DNA of 64,000 bases from Octopus vulgaris (Eukaryota). This document shows positions 29,225 to 43,408 of this stretch, piece after piece. The translations under genes were made by a program, and so were the position numbers. Position 1 is the stretch's first letter. Each line of letters opens with the position of its first letter. Location of the stretch: NCBI GenBank assembly GCA_951406725.2, contig OX597825.1:53878001-53942000 (forward strand). Reading direction: 5' to 3'. The notes below the pieces were generated by a model that made no database searches, had not been told where the DNA came from, and saw only the letters and a program-made list of their open reading frames with translations.

Positions 29225-30115
29225 TGATGAAATAAATCAAGTAATAAGATAATTAATTGATTAATTAATCATCCGTAGCTGGTCAGTATGGTCACGGTAA
29301 GCTGTATATATATGAGTCTACAATACGTGCCAAAAAGACAAAGTAAACACGTGGGCATTCAGTTCCATGTTTATACATCAAGAATTCAAATCGAATGTCT
29401 TCAAGCAACGTGCTAAGCCAGAGTAGTATAGCAATGACTATATATATATGAGGATAATATTGTTTATAATATCAGTGGCTTAGCATGTGTAAAAGAATTC
29501 ATAACTGTAAAAAATCTGTAATTAATAATTAAGGGTACTGACAAGTGGCACCAGCATGGTAAAGTCTTACTGAACCTGGTGTCAGTAAGACGCGCTGAAG
29601 ATGTACGGCACTGCCCCTTAATATAGCAAACATTCCTTAGCTACACACAAAACAAAATGCCAGAAAGACAGGTGAGTTATTCCTTTACAATTTTTTGTAA
29701 ATTCTTAAATATATCTCCTTCTGAATATATATATATATATACTACGAAACAAACATGATTTTTATTGAACTAATAGTACGTTCTGGAGTCCCGTTCTGAT
29801 TACTTTCTTAAATACTTACTTGTAAACTGTTTTTAACATTTTCTTATTATTATCGAAGACTGTATATCCGCGTTTTAATAGTTTTGTGATAAACAGTACT
29901 TAACACAACAAGGCTCATACAAAGGTTTACATTTTACTTTTGACAATCTTTTTCTAAATAAGTGAAACCAGTCAAGTGAATAAATATCTTTAAAATTGCA
30001 TTTTCAAGCCTTTTCTCATATATATTTCCACTCATGCGGTACTTTACAACTTTACAAAGTAAAGTTGCATGGTAACACACGAATGGATCTGGTATACAGT
30101 AACTGATAGATCTTA

Positions 30116-30170
<55 letters not shown>

Positions 30171-30224
30171 CATACATATATACATATATACATACATATA
30201 TATATATTATACATTTATGTGTGT

Positions 30225-30395
30225 ATGTCGCTCCCACAAAAGCGCTTGACAACCGATGTTGGTGTGTTTACGTTCCTGTAACTTAATGATAGAATATGCA
30301 CTAGGCTTACAAAGAATAAATCCAGAGGTCGATTTCTTTGACTAAAAATGCGGTGCTCCAGCATGGCCACAGTCTGAGACAATTTAAAAGAGTAA
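30225..30395 (+). mobile_element. 3' half of SINE (same family as 9803-10221)
   Basis: CGCTTGACAACCGATGTTGGTGTGTTTACG...GCGGTGCTCCAGCATGGCCACAGTC. Confidence 0.7.
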
Positions 30396-31263
30396 ACAAA
30401 CACACACAGATACACACACACACACATATATATATTTGTGTATTTAAGTATGTATGTATTTATGACTAGCTTCATTCAAGCGATTTGTTTATGATAGCTG
30501 AACTTTTTGTTTATGAGATTCCTGTCGCGATTTTGGATATACCTCTCCCAGATCAGAAGACCCATATAAATCATCAAATACCATATATAGTACATCTTTA
30601 CACGCATACTACACGTATTATCTCTAGCAATATCAGTTTGTCCTTTAATAGACAAATCTGTTTAAAGGTCCATGTTTTTGGAGGCACTGGAAATTGTCAT
30701 TGGTGGTAATCTTCCACTTACGATAAAAGTATTCAAATAAAGTTAGGCTTAGAAAGAATTAATTGCACATATACAGATCAATGACAGAATTATCGCTGAA
30801 TTATCTGATTCCGCTACGTTCAGTGTACCTAAATAATCGTCGTACATATTTTCTATGTTACACTTTGCAAGATAATCACTATCACAACTTAAAGCTAGCT
30901 AACTCTCTTTAGACAACATGTAATCCATCAATTATTTCCTGCTTCTGAAAATCCAGCAGCTGGATAATATAAATATTCCAATCATATATTCTGCTAGTGA
31001 TGCTAAATGTGCAGCTGTTGATGCAGCTGCTGCTTGCAGCTGTGCATCATACTATCATTTGATATCTATTTAAAACGATATGATCTTGGATGCTGTAGTC
31101 AAATACGTTCTCGCTTCGATTTTGATACAGTTTCAAGTAACAACTGGAAACGAACCTATACCTCATTGATAGTTGTTCTGGTAACTAATTCAAGTAGAAA
31201 TCCTGATCTTCGTATAATTCGATTGCCTGATTTTTATATAGATATATATATATCTATACGGTA

Positions 31264-31565
31264 GAGGCACATGGCCTAGTGGTTAGAGCAGCGGACTCGC
31301 GGTCGAGGGATCGCGGGTTCGAATCTCAGACCGGGTGATGTGTGTGTTTATGAGCGAAAATACCAAAGCTCCACGCGGCTCCGGCAGAAGGTAATGGCGA
31401 ACTTCTGCTGACTCTTTCGCCACAACTTTCTCTCAGTCTTGCCTCCTGCATCTTGCAGCTCACCTGCGACGGACCGGAGTCCCGTCCAGGTGGGGAACCT
31501 ATACGCCAAGAAACCGGGAAACCGGCCCTTATGAGCCAGGTATGGCTCGAGAAGGAACAGCAACA
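31264..31565 (+). mobile_element. Well-preserved tRNA-derived SINE with a MetaSINE-like 3' domain
   Basis: A box TGGCCTAGTGG, B box GGTTCGAATC. CCTGCGACGGACCGGAGTCCCGTCCAGG...GAAACCGGG resembles the Meta domain as I recall it. Ends in a CAA-like tail. Confidence 0.8.
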
Positions 31566-31607
31566 TATGTATATGTCATGTGTGGGTTCGTATATATCTA
31601 TATAAAG

Positions 31608-31675
<68 letters not shown>

Positions 31676-34579
31676 TACATGTGTGCATATGTGTGCGTGC
31701 CCACGCGTGCCCCTGTGTAAAGGTTGTATCATTGATTCTGTGTCTTTATACATCCTGTTTTTTGACGCCGCAAATCGAAAACGACATTCTTTTCACCAGT
31801 CATCTCTCATCTCCTTTTTCTCCTCTTAGTTAAATATATTTTGTTAGCTGACACGGTTTTCTTAGTTTCTTGTTAGTTACTTCATTTATATCTTATTGTG
31901 TTTTATATCTCATTAATTGGCTTTATAGTTAACATGACAGTAAAAGATATTAGTATAATACATAGCCAATTTAACAATATCTATGCATTCTTATTTCTCA
32001 CTCGCTTTCCTTCAAATTGTATGTTTGCCAGAAATAGACCACTGATTAAATGTGTAAATGTATGAACTGTGATAACCACAATGCTGTTGGTTATCCTATT
32101 ATTTACATCCTTTTGTGAATATCTCATCAGAAAATACAGATTGAATATCGTGGATCACATTTTCTATATTTTCGTACTGGCTTAGTGTTTGAGAATGTCT
32201 GTTATCTGTCGCACGATACAACATTCAATTCACAATTCCATACATGATATACAGAGAACAATTGTAATTTTCATTCAGGAGAAAACGCGTGATAGACTTA
32301 TTGAAATCACGATAGATTTCAGAGATTGGCGAAACGAAATCACATTTGAAATGAGCGCATGATTGACAGTTATATATTTCACCGTCGTTGCGGCTTAAAT
32401 GTCACGTATCGACCAATATGAAGCATACTGAGCCAGTGTATAATGTCCAAACTGGATCGCAAAGACGCTATATAAGCAGAATAAAATTCAAATTATTCAA
32501 TAGAAGCTGCTCTATAGTAAATTTTTTATCAATATGATTTACTTAATGTATGAGTGTAGTTGAAATGCCAGTTCCTGCAATTTTCGCTCGGAGAAAATCC
32601 TTTTATAGATGTAATAGACATATCCTTGGTCATATAGAAACTGAATATTACTGTTTGTGCTTAATATATGGGGTTAAGCTTAGATCTACAATCAAATAAT
32701 ATTTTATTCTAATTACATGCATTACATATGTGCCCTTTGCTTATACAATATTCTTTGGTCTATATATTCAAATAGGAAGGAATATAATTATTGCTTCCTT
32801 TCATAATTTTAGACCTTTATCGCAACACCTACATTTGATCAATTTGTATGATACGTCTCAGAATCATCCATATACTAAGAAAATACAAGAGCGCTATGTG
32901 ATATCAGATATGTAAAATCGTACATCTTATTTCCTTAGATTTCAATTTAAAACAGAGGTACTAAACCAAGGATATATGACTAGATACTGTTGAATACCCT
33001 GATCACTAATAGAATTTCTACAGAAGCTTCAAAGCTGCTGGCGTGCTATGGAGCACATAAGAAAGGATGTTTGTTATTGTTATAGGACAACCATACTACA
33101 ATGGACCTCTGTATTAATACGTGACTGGCCACTAAGATCAACTATATAGCAAATATCACTATAGTTCTAGTTTCCTTGTTTAGATGTTCCCAAGAATATC
33201 TCTTTTAAAAAAGTATTTATGTCAGGCTTGATATCGTGAAACAGTTTGTAAGAATAATAGTTAACAATTCAAGGATACACAGTACATTTCTGCCACGAGA
33301 ATGCAGAAATTGTAAATGCAATAAAGTTAAAAGAGGAAGCATTGTACGGTTTAAAACAAGAGAGATTTCAAAAGATATTTCATTTTCAAAAACAAAAAAA
33401 CAACAACTTAAGTATCTCTAATAGAAAGAAATTAGAAGCTTGGCAGCTTTATAAATGGTTTTGTTGAATAAAAATTCCCCTATATATAAAATCATATAAG
33501 GAAAGATCTCTTATATGATTTTAAAGAAATAGATTGTTCGATAGTAGGTGTCATCACAACTGCATTTCCAATCTTCTGATCTAGATCTTATACTAGAAAC
33601 ACTTGGTTCAGTATGCTATGAGCACGGTGAACAATACTATCAAGATGTTTATACTATTGAATCAAGCAACTCAAGATAGATTCGTAGATCCCAGTATCAA
33701 GGAAAACTATATCGCAACAGCCCAGATTGCGTTTAGGTTTATAAGACAGAATCATATTCACGGTGACTTTAACGTGTATAATGCACATTATTCACATGCA
33801 TGTATATCGTATCGAATCTAAGATATAGAAAACTAATTCTATGTGAATTAATCCCTTTTATTCACGAATTTACAAAAAAATTGTTTCATTTTTAAAGCAC
33901 GTTAAGTATTGAAAATATTGAGAAAATAATAAGTATCATATGTGAAAATCCAGATGTGCTCGAGAAAATGTAGACTGGAGAGGTATTTAGAATCAGAGTA
34001 GAAAAAGTATTTAGAAGAAAGTAATTTAATCTCAGATGTAAAGAAAGTTTATCTTGTCGATGAAAAGACAGTTTATTTTGTGTTATTACAACATGACCAC
34101 CGTGATATATACTCTTTTGTGTTTATTTGATAGTATCAGGTGTGAAAATTTTAAGCAGAAATTTTATAAATATATTTATACGACAAATATATCTTTGCTT
34201 TGTTTTCTCTTTGATATATTTCCGCTGCATAGGTGAAACGTTCCTAATAACTCTTGCCAATTAATTCTTCTACCATACAGGATTATGATCTAAAATATCA
34301 ATATTAACAATAGTATTCAGAATAGAAGTAATTTAATGTCTAATTCTGCTGCCATACAGAATACATTAGCATTTCTTTGGCAGATGTTCTCTGAGGCCAT
34401 ATCTTCATTTCTTATTGTTCGAAACTCTCATTTATCTGCAGCCTATAATCTGTCTAAAAGTGTGTCTAGTTCTGCATTTATTTGATAGCTCCAGAACAGT
34501 TGATTAGAAACAGTGCCTGAAATCTGAATTTGAGGCCAACGAGGTGATTGGCATTTTCACCCAGTCTTCGAAACAACTG

Positions 34580-34776
<197 letters not shown>

Positions 34777-35816
34777 TGGAAGTGAGTAACAGACAACAAG
34801 AGATTGAAGGGAGAGATAACTAGGAAGGGCTACTGACATCTGTACAATGTTCAGCCACAATATAATTCTATTATTGTAACTATTGTCAATAGACAAATAA
34901 ACTTTCGAATATTAATTGCTCGAACACAACACTTGATCATTGTATACGATGACAGTACTTTTCAAATATTTGGCATACTCACAGAATGTGGAAATCACCA
35001 TCAGTTTGTAATGTAATGTAATGGTTTGCCTTGAACTAGATGTCATAATTCCCACGTAGCCTTGTAACAGCGAAACTTCATTAAGGTGGTTTGCTGTATT
35101 TGTGTCTGTTGAATACGAATGAGCCTAAACAGATTGTTCAGCGTGTCAAAAATATGTGGAAATTATTGGACAGCAAGAAATATATCTGTGACATTTCAGT
35201 CACTATAAATTAAAACATTTTCGTAAGAAATATGATTTGCTATTCTGTACAGCTCTTGTTTTTGGCGATGATATATTCGTTTGCAAATAAATAGTTTACA
35301 CGAGAGAAACTGTTACTGCAAATAACTCGATATTTTCAGTTCCATTTATACGTGCTTCTACAAATGACAGGATTGACAACTGTCATTTGCAATGGAGCCT
35401 TCATATTCTAAAGTAAATAATCTTCTGGCAAACAAGCCAAAGAAATGAGGATATACGTTGCCAATACGACTGCAAAAAGTAATATTACTATATCCTTTCA
35501 ATAAAATCCTTAGTGCCGCTACGATAGGAGCGTCGAGATCAGTCGTGCCTTTATAGTATACTTAGAGTTGGCAGAATTGTTCGAGCGTCGGAAAAATTCC
35601 ACATTGATAAGACAGGTGTACGAATATCTACAGAGAAAAAATGACATACACCAGAAAGATTGAGACATGGAGGAAGGAGCAAGGAAAACCGAACTCTGTG
35701 TATGCGTGTGTTTGTGTGCATGTATATGTGTGTGTTTATGTGTATGTATATGTGTATGTATGTATGTATGTATGTATGTATGTATGTATGTATGTATGTA
35801 TGTATGTATGTATTCT

Positions 35817-36900
35817 TGTGGTGAGAGTACAAGACCTTCAGACGAGAATATACGGGACATATAAATAGTAGCAGTTTGACGTAGTCGGCAGTTCGTGGTT
35901 TGGTCTTCGAAGTTCAGATACTCTTCTAGTTTGTGTGCTGGTAATATTGTTTGTTGGCTCGTAAAAGATTGTTGATTCGTTGTGTGTTTGTTGCTGCCGC
36001 TGTTTCTATTTTTTTAATTGTTATAACACTGTGACAGAGCATTCGTTATCTATCATCAACAATATCAAGCATGCTACGTAAGTCATCTGGCAATTTGTGC
36101 GCTATATAAATTGTTAATAGCTGTGGTATTACTGCTTCAAGAGAAGCAACAGGAACAACTACAGGTGATGCAGAAGCAAATATTACAAGAAGAACAACAG
36201 TTAATTGAGTTACAGTCAATTTGGTATGTTCGTGTATGCCAGACAGCGTGGCGAACTCGATTTCTGAATTCACTTAAAATCCGAAGGAAGGTATTACCTT
36301 TCCAGCGTACGATAGAATGTAAACGGAAAATTTTAACAAAGATTGCAAGTCATATTCCGATGAGGAAAAAGTGAGGCTATTATTACGCAAGGTAGCTCCG
36401 GCCGAGCATGAGCGTTACTGTAACTTTATATTGCCCCAAAGTCGAGTGAGATTTGTTTCCAGGAAACTAATGCATTTACTATCAAAGTTCTTCTGTGACA
36501 AAAGGTTGTTATTTAACATCCGAATGGAATGCTGGAACCTAACAAAAAAAATTGACTTTATTACATACGCCGGCGTAGTTAACCGTATGTGTGAAAACTT
36601 TAAACTTCAAGAATTCATTCAGGATATACTTAAATCCTTTATCTTCGTACAAGGCCTTATGGCAACCGAACATAGAAAAATTTAAGAAATAATTCTCACA
36701 AAAATGGAGAAAGCGAACCAAGACTTAACCATAGAGAACATTGCAGAAGAAGGGTTTTCACAATGTGAAAACTTTCAAGGGAAAGATTCCGCAAAAATAG
36801 AGATTCGTTGACCAGGAAAGTAAAACCAAAAAAGAGTGGCAGGCTCCAATAAGTTATTGCCAGAGAAAAAAAAAAAGATGTAAAGAAAATACGAAACACG
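35817..36900 (+). mobile_element. Mag-like Ty3/Gypsy remnant: 5' LTR (about 35817-36028), degenerate PBS, gag
   Basis: TG...CA segment containing TATAAATA. PBS-like CTGTGACAGAGCATTCG parallels TGGCGACGAGCATTCG of the 59 kb element. Gag relic SVANSISEF...EEKVRLLLRKVAPAEHERYCNFILP...FITYAGVVNRMCENFKL. Confidence 0.75.
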
Positions 36901-37904
36901 CAACGAATATAGAGGGAAATAAGACAATGAAAGTAGAAATAAAATATAAAATTAGTTTCAGTTCCATTATTCGCGTAAAGTGGTGTATAGAAGTGGTATG
37001 TAAGTTCCAATGGTAGTTCATGTTGTGTCATTTCAAAATATGGAGTCGTGGATTCTGTGCTCCTCATTCGAAAGGGTTTTGTAGTGCAAATGAAAATTTA
37101 AGAATGTATTGGTAGTATATGTGGATAGATGGGAGCGGGGTGGATAGATTAGAATGTGTATGATTAGAATGAGGGGATAGGTCAAAATGAAAACAGGAAG
37201 AGAAAATCAGAGGAAAAAAAGAGAGAAAGAAAAGTGAAAAAGAACAAAAAATAAGGCAGAGAAAAAAGTGGAAAGACTGTGAAAGAAATGAGAAAAGGAG
37301 TGTTAGTTGATGGTCGAGATAATGTGAGTGAATGATAGGAGAGGAGTAGTGGAGGAAGGATAAGAAGAGATGAGAAGTGAATAAGTGTGAGATGTGTGAG
37401 TAGGGGTAATATGATAGGGCTGCATTAAGGGACGGGGAGAAAATAAGTATGGGTGGGGTGATAACAAAGTGAGTAGTAGTTTTAGTAGTAAAATTTAAAG
37501 TGGACGGAAGAATACAAGAATGTCAATTTTCTATGAATAGATGTATGTGATAGGTAAGTGTGATAGATAGGAATCAGAGAGGAGGAAAAAAGGTATAATG
37601 ACATACGTACGTGCGCACACACATACATATACAAGTATGCATATGCATATATATGTATATATATATATATATACATGCATACTCACGCGCATCTGCAAAT
37701 GTATTCATACACGCATATATGTGCGCATACATATACACATACATGCATACGCACATACATACGCGCAAGCGGTCAGGTGCTTACACACTGTTACACGTCC
37801 CCACGCATACAGATACTTAGGTATACGTCTACACATATACCCACATATACATACATACGTACATAAAAATACTCGCACACACACTTGTATCCGCTTGTAT
37901 GTCC

Positions 37905-38250
37905 ATATATATAGTATTAAATGCTGGAGATCCTTAAAGTAAGATAAGGGAGTAAAATAAAATCGACGGCACCGCATAGTACCAGAAGATCTCGTGTTCT
38001 CCATCTCGAATAAGGACCTAGTACTGCAAGTGCTTGGGTTTCAAGGGCCCACAGCTATTCACATTATGCCAAGCAACCTCAGAGATCTAAGAGGAGTAGG
38101 TGTGAAGGTCTTGACAGAGCGCTTGAAGACATTTGTACATGAGATACCAAATGAGCCCACATCGCAGCAGAAGTCCATCACTCTACTTCATAAAAAACAG
38201 TACAGAAAAGAAACCCAAACACATTGAAAGGCGGTGATCCAGCATGCTTC
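37905..38250 (+). mobile_element. 3' end fragment of a CR1/L2-group LINE
   Basis: Frameshifted LGFQGP(QLF)..MPSNLRDL..LKTFVHEIPNEP matches the GPRLFNxLP...LDxxLxxIPDEP C-terminus. Confidence 0.6.
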
Positions 38251-38376
38251 AGTAAAATATTATTTATTATGTTTTCAAATTTCTTCAATAATGAAATGTT
38301 GGTGTCTTGGAGACCTATATGAAATGAGATGATTCACAAAGCATTTCGACTTTAAAAGGTATTAAACATATCTGTG

Positions 38377-38462
<86 letters not shown>

Positions 38463-38464
<2 letters not shown>

Positions 38465-41400
38465 ACTCTAAGTACCCCGAGTTGCCTGAAAGTTTAAATA
38501 ATATTAAAGGATATAAATATATTTCTTCTGATAATTTATATATTTTGAGTAAAATTCTATCCGATAACGTGAGTATAAACAAAGTTATTAAAAATAAACC
38601 CTGAAATCAATCACAGTTTAATTTTGTAGAATTTCTAAATATACAATATTTTTCTTGTGTCCTTTATTTGGGGTGCTAATAAAAAGACTTTTGGGACTTC
38701 TAACACGCGAACATCCTGTATATAATTGCCCATGAGAGAAGCAAGGGGAAGCAAGGTTAAGTCCAACAATCTTGAGAGATAGTCCTTGAGATTTGTTTAT
38801 TGACATAACAAAACTTAGTTTCACTGGGAACTGGAACCGTTTAAGTTCAAAGGGGGGATCCGATCGGATTAACGGAATCCAAGGAATGAAGAAATTGTCT
38901 CCCTTATATTTCCCAGTGATAAATACTGTCTCTAGGACATAGGGTTGCATCGCTTTCACCACTAGTCTATTGCCATTACACAGGCGAGGTAAATCCAGAT
39001 TATTGAGCAGCATGATTGGGGCCTCCTTTTAAGTGTTTAGTTGTGAGGTGGTATCCCAGATGGCTGTAGAGAGTTCAGGAATTGAATTGGAAAAACTACA
39101 GCTTGGTCCTGATCTATGACAGTTTCGATGGATTTGAAAGACTGTTCTTGTCCTGCCAACAGCAACAAAAGATCCCAATTGATATTGTCGACAATATCAT
39201 TACGTAGAGCTGAAATGGCTCGCTCACATAGCCATTGACTGTTACTAAAGTTTTATGCAATGTTTGGAAACATGCATTTTAGGATTATTGTCATTTGGAG
39301 CCATTTCACCACAGAGTAGCTTGTGTTGCTGCATTTGGTGGAATAAAGTAGTTTCCCATTCTCCATGTTCAAAAGCTGGCGTGAAAATAGCTCGGCAGTT
39401 TGGTCACTAAATAATTGGGCCCTCATGTTAAGTGTCAGGTGAAGTTTAGTCACTTGCCTCTACAGACAGGATTGCTTGAGACATGCCTTTAGTTCATCTG
39501 CTTTTGTGCCTTTGTGGGTCACAGGAAATGTTTGTCTTACATCTCCAACCAAAACTACAGTGACACCACCCATGAGAATGTCCTTTCCTCTCAAATTTCT
39601 TAGACTACGGTCGAATGTTTCAAGTGCTCCACAATGAGACATGGTGCATTAATCCCGGACAATAAAGCACGTCTGCTGCAAGACCTTGGCCTTTGCTAAT
39701 GTCTTAGGGATGATACAAATTGGAGTCTCTGTCCGAAGTAAATTCAAAGGAAGCCTGCAAGTAGAATGAACTGTTAGACCGCCTGTCAAGAGAGTTGCTG
39801 TGATTCCAGAAGACTCTACCGCCAATGCGATGTACCCATCTAGACGGACTTTTGCTAACAGAATGTTGATCAAAAACGTCTTGCCAGTGGCCACTGGAGC
39901 ATCGAAAAAGAACAGGCCACTCTTTTGCTCTTGAGTCATTCGAATGATGAAATTGTAATCTGTCCGTTGTTCAGTCAAAAGCTTTGGCTCATTCTCTGTC
40001 ACATACTCATTATGATTGCTGATATTATAGGATGTCTACCTTAACATTTCCTGCTCTGTTCTGTGCTGCTCTCTTATTGGATCTGGCAAGCCATGCTCCT
40101 GCAAACGTTTTCCTCCAAGCTGAAGGGCCTTGTCTTCAAGAAGAAGTAGAGATTCATTCTTTATTTCCTCAGTCGACTCCTTGATTTTACCTCTGCAATC
40201 TGTGAACAATGTTACCACAGAAGGACTCCTGGTGCTTATCCAACAGCTGGCGAGGGCTAGAGATATCGCAAGCTTGAAGCATAACGATGAAGAGATTTAA
40301 CAACTGAAATGCAGAACATGAAACAACTGCCGCATCCAGTGTCGCACTCCAGTGACTGTCATCTTCAAGTAGGTCATGGAAATGACAAGCCTCTCTGTAA
40401 GATTCACAGACATAGGCATTAAAAGTCTTCAGATCTAGAAAACTCTTTGGACCACAGACTGTGTTGAAAAGGAGCCTTAAGAAATAACACGCAAAATTGT
40501 TAGGAAGCACAGTGTAGACCTGTCCCAATTCTGAATCTCTATTCCTGGATACCCTGCAACAGTCTGACCAATGGCACATCTCTTCCATTATTTAGTGGTC
40601 TGTTGTCATGAGTAAAAATTAGGGATTCTTGGTACAAAAGAGTGGAAGCAAATGGATCTGTGCTAGAAAGTTCATAAAACGGAGTCAATGTTGTTGAACC
40701 TGGAGCATCAAATTGCTGCTGGAGACGTTGTGGATTGTCCCGAGTAAAGTAGTCACGATGGCTATTCTGTAGATGTACAGCTAGATAGATAACATTTGGA
40801 AGCCGTCCTTACAATGGAAAGTTAAACAGTCTCCAGGCTGCTTCATTGCTGCTAATGAAGCGTGGCATCTGGGACCATGTCAACTCATCATTCTTGTTTG
40901 ACTCCTGACGGCCAAAAACAGCCATGTCTGACCCCATGTTCACATACTTACACACATAATTGATGGATTTAACTGAGTTACAAAACCCAACATTAATATG
41001 TGCTTCGAAGATCTTTGACAGAAGGGCGCAATACGGCACAATCCACCTATTGTAGACTTCAATTTCTGCTCCCCTCCTTTGCCAGCTAGTATGTAATGTT
41101 AGTTATAAGCATACAATGTTTTTTACTCTCTATTCAAGTATAATTACTCACATCTGATTTAAAATAAAAATAGCCAGTGTTAATAAGACCAGTTGTTCCA
41201 AAAATATCCCAAATATGTATTGGAAGTTTATAACATTTTCTAATCCCTATCCAAGTCGAAATAGTTACATCGGATTTAAATATGAAATATCAGTGTACTC
41301 TAGCTAATTTTATTAAGTCCATTCCACGAACAATTATTTGAATAACTCATGTCCATATCTCTAACTTACGTCACGAGAATATTGAACTTTAAAATTTATA

Positions 41401-43037
41401 AAGTTTATCGTATAATTTGAAAGATATCCTATAGTGTATATGCCTAAAGTACCGAATGAATGAATGAGTTAAATCAGTGTAAGATGAGTTTTCACCGAGC
41501 CTGCGTCCGTATGAAAACCTTTCGTTATTTAGAAACCTTACTGTTTCCACATCTTTTGAAAATTACATAAGTTGCGTGTAAGACCGAATTTTAAGTTTTA
41601 CACTATAACAATTCCAGTTCTTCGTGGAGGCTCCCTACGGCCACAGGGGTTGCAGGGGCTCAGCGCCGGACCTGCTGTAAACAAATTTATGGTTTAGGGT
41701 AGCAGTTAGGGTTAATATTTAGGGAGTATTGTGTTATTGTAAATATTTACGAAATGTTTATCCAGTCACTAGTAAGTATATCTGTAACCAACTTTGGTGT
41801 AAAAGTGTCAGTGAATGCGCATGTGACAAGACGGTACACAGAAATTTTGTTTCAGAAAACTACTTACGTAACTTGCTGTCAATTAATTTGGATTAATCCC
41901 AACAAAATACGACAGATTTAGTCACTGCATCATCACCTATGTTTGTGTTCTAAATTCCAAAATAACAAAAACTTTAATATACTTCCAAAATGCAACTTCG
42001 TCTATCTGTATCTGCGTGCGTATATGTGCAGGTGTCTGGGGGAGGTTACTGCGCAAGAAAACATTTATGGGAATGTACTCATAAAAATTCTATTAAAATA
42101 AGTTTACAATTTTCCATATCAATGATAGTGAAGTGTGTATCAAATGAAATTAAAATCCTGATTCAATGACAGAGTGATCAAATATTTAAAGTTTTAACGT
42201 TTTTTGTAACTACATATTCTCTCCTCTAATTATATACTGGAAAAGAAAGAAAATGCTACCTTCTCTTTTGCAAGAGAAATTAATTTTGGCGGTAAGGACG
42301 GAACCACTTGTTTCATTATCACATTCTAAAAACGCTTATCTCTACATTGAAAAACAAAGAGTTGGGATTGTAGCCTTATAATGGAGAATTATTCAGATTC
42401 ATGTTTGCTACTATCAGAATCTTTTACCTTTAAAGCGACAAAACAAAATCGACGTATACGACAGGTTTGTAAAACATATTTCTCTTCACTTTCTCCGTTC
42501 ATTCGTTTAAGCTGTAGAATTCGTTGCGCGCGTGCACACACAAACACAGAAAATTTCCAAAATTTAGCTGCTCATTTTAGCAGATCATTTTCAGTTTTAG
42601 ACAATGGGATGGGGTGGAGAGGGGTGTGTGGAATTTGGAGTTCTTCAAAGAAAATTTGAAATTAAAATTCCTTTTTGTTTCCATATTCTTTATGTCCGTA
42701 TTTATCCCACGTAGATTGAAAAAAATTGGTAAAAAGCTAAAAATTTGTAATTTGGAGGAAGGGAAAATTTAAAACTTTGAAAACATGTTTTTTTGCATAT
42801 GTTTCATCTCCGTCATCGAAAACATAGGAATCTACTGAAAAAAAAATTGGAAGGGTCGTATGGAGGGCGGCTACAGCCTCCTATATGGGCAAAAGCCAAA
42901 GTTTTACACCCCACTAGAATCTTCCCTGAGTAATGAAAAACTTTCATGCCAAATTTAGTACAGATTGATCTATCGGTTTGGTCGAGCATAGAGGACACAC
43001 ACGCGCGAACAAACAGTGAATTTTATAGATATAGAGA
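38463..43037 (-). mobile_element. Helitron deletion derivative with both termini
   Basis: 5' A|TCTCTATATCTATAAAA at 43037. 3' degenerate hairpin CAGGCAACTCGGGG then GTAG|T at 38463 (CTAG variant). Rep and PIF1 helicase relics inside. Confidence 0.8.
38618..41075 (-). pseudogene. Helitron RepHel pseudogene (end of Rep plus PIF1-type helicase)
   Basis: NRWIVPYCALLS...SINYVCKYV (Rep YxxKY), DAPVATGKTFLIN (Walker A), GDVRQTFPV, LCNGNRL, QFPVKLSFVMSINKSQG, FSHGQLYTGCSRV; multiple stops and frameshifts. Confidence 0.95.
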
Positions 43038-43338
43038 TGCAATTTTAGTTTTTGTTTGGGGAGGAACATTTTTCTCCAGTTTGTGTGGTTTTCAGGGCAT
43101 TTTATATTCTAACCCTTATCACATCCTTGTTTCATTCGTGGGACTTCATCCATACAGGGGCACCGACTTTAGTAAAGAAAATCGTCACTTGTAGTTATTT
43201 TTTTAAAATCTCGTACTTATTCCATCGATTCTCCTTCTCGAAAATCTATGTTAAGGTTTGTTAACAAACCAATACTGTTTGTCAAACGGCGTGGGGACAA
43301 TCACATGCATAGAGACACAGACACACACAAGTAGATAC

Positions 43339-43408
<70 letters not shown>

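Noticed and set aside
31264-31335. tRNA gene
   Set aside because: It has A and B boxes but no proper acceptor stem and continues into a SINE body and tail.
32977-32990. miR-279-like TGACTAGAT
   Set aside because: Only the seed region matches and no precursor hairpin is evident.
33603-33821. ORF containing HGDFN, like a RIO kinase loop or LINE endonuclease GDFN
   Set aside because: No other kinase or endonuclease motifs or splice context; likely chance or an unrecognisable relic.
41070-41090. Second, plus-strand Helitron 3' end (CTAGT at 41086)
   Set aside because: No upstream hairpin; the upstream bases belong to the minus-strand Rep relic.
41694-41724. Interstitial telomere
   Set aside because: Only three spaced TTAGGG hexamers inside a Helitron.
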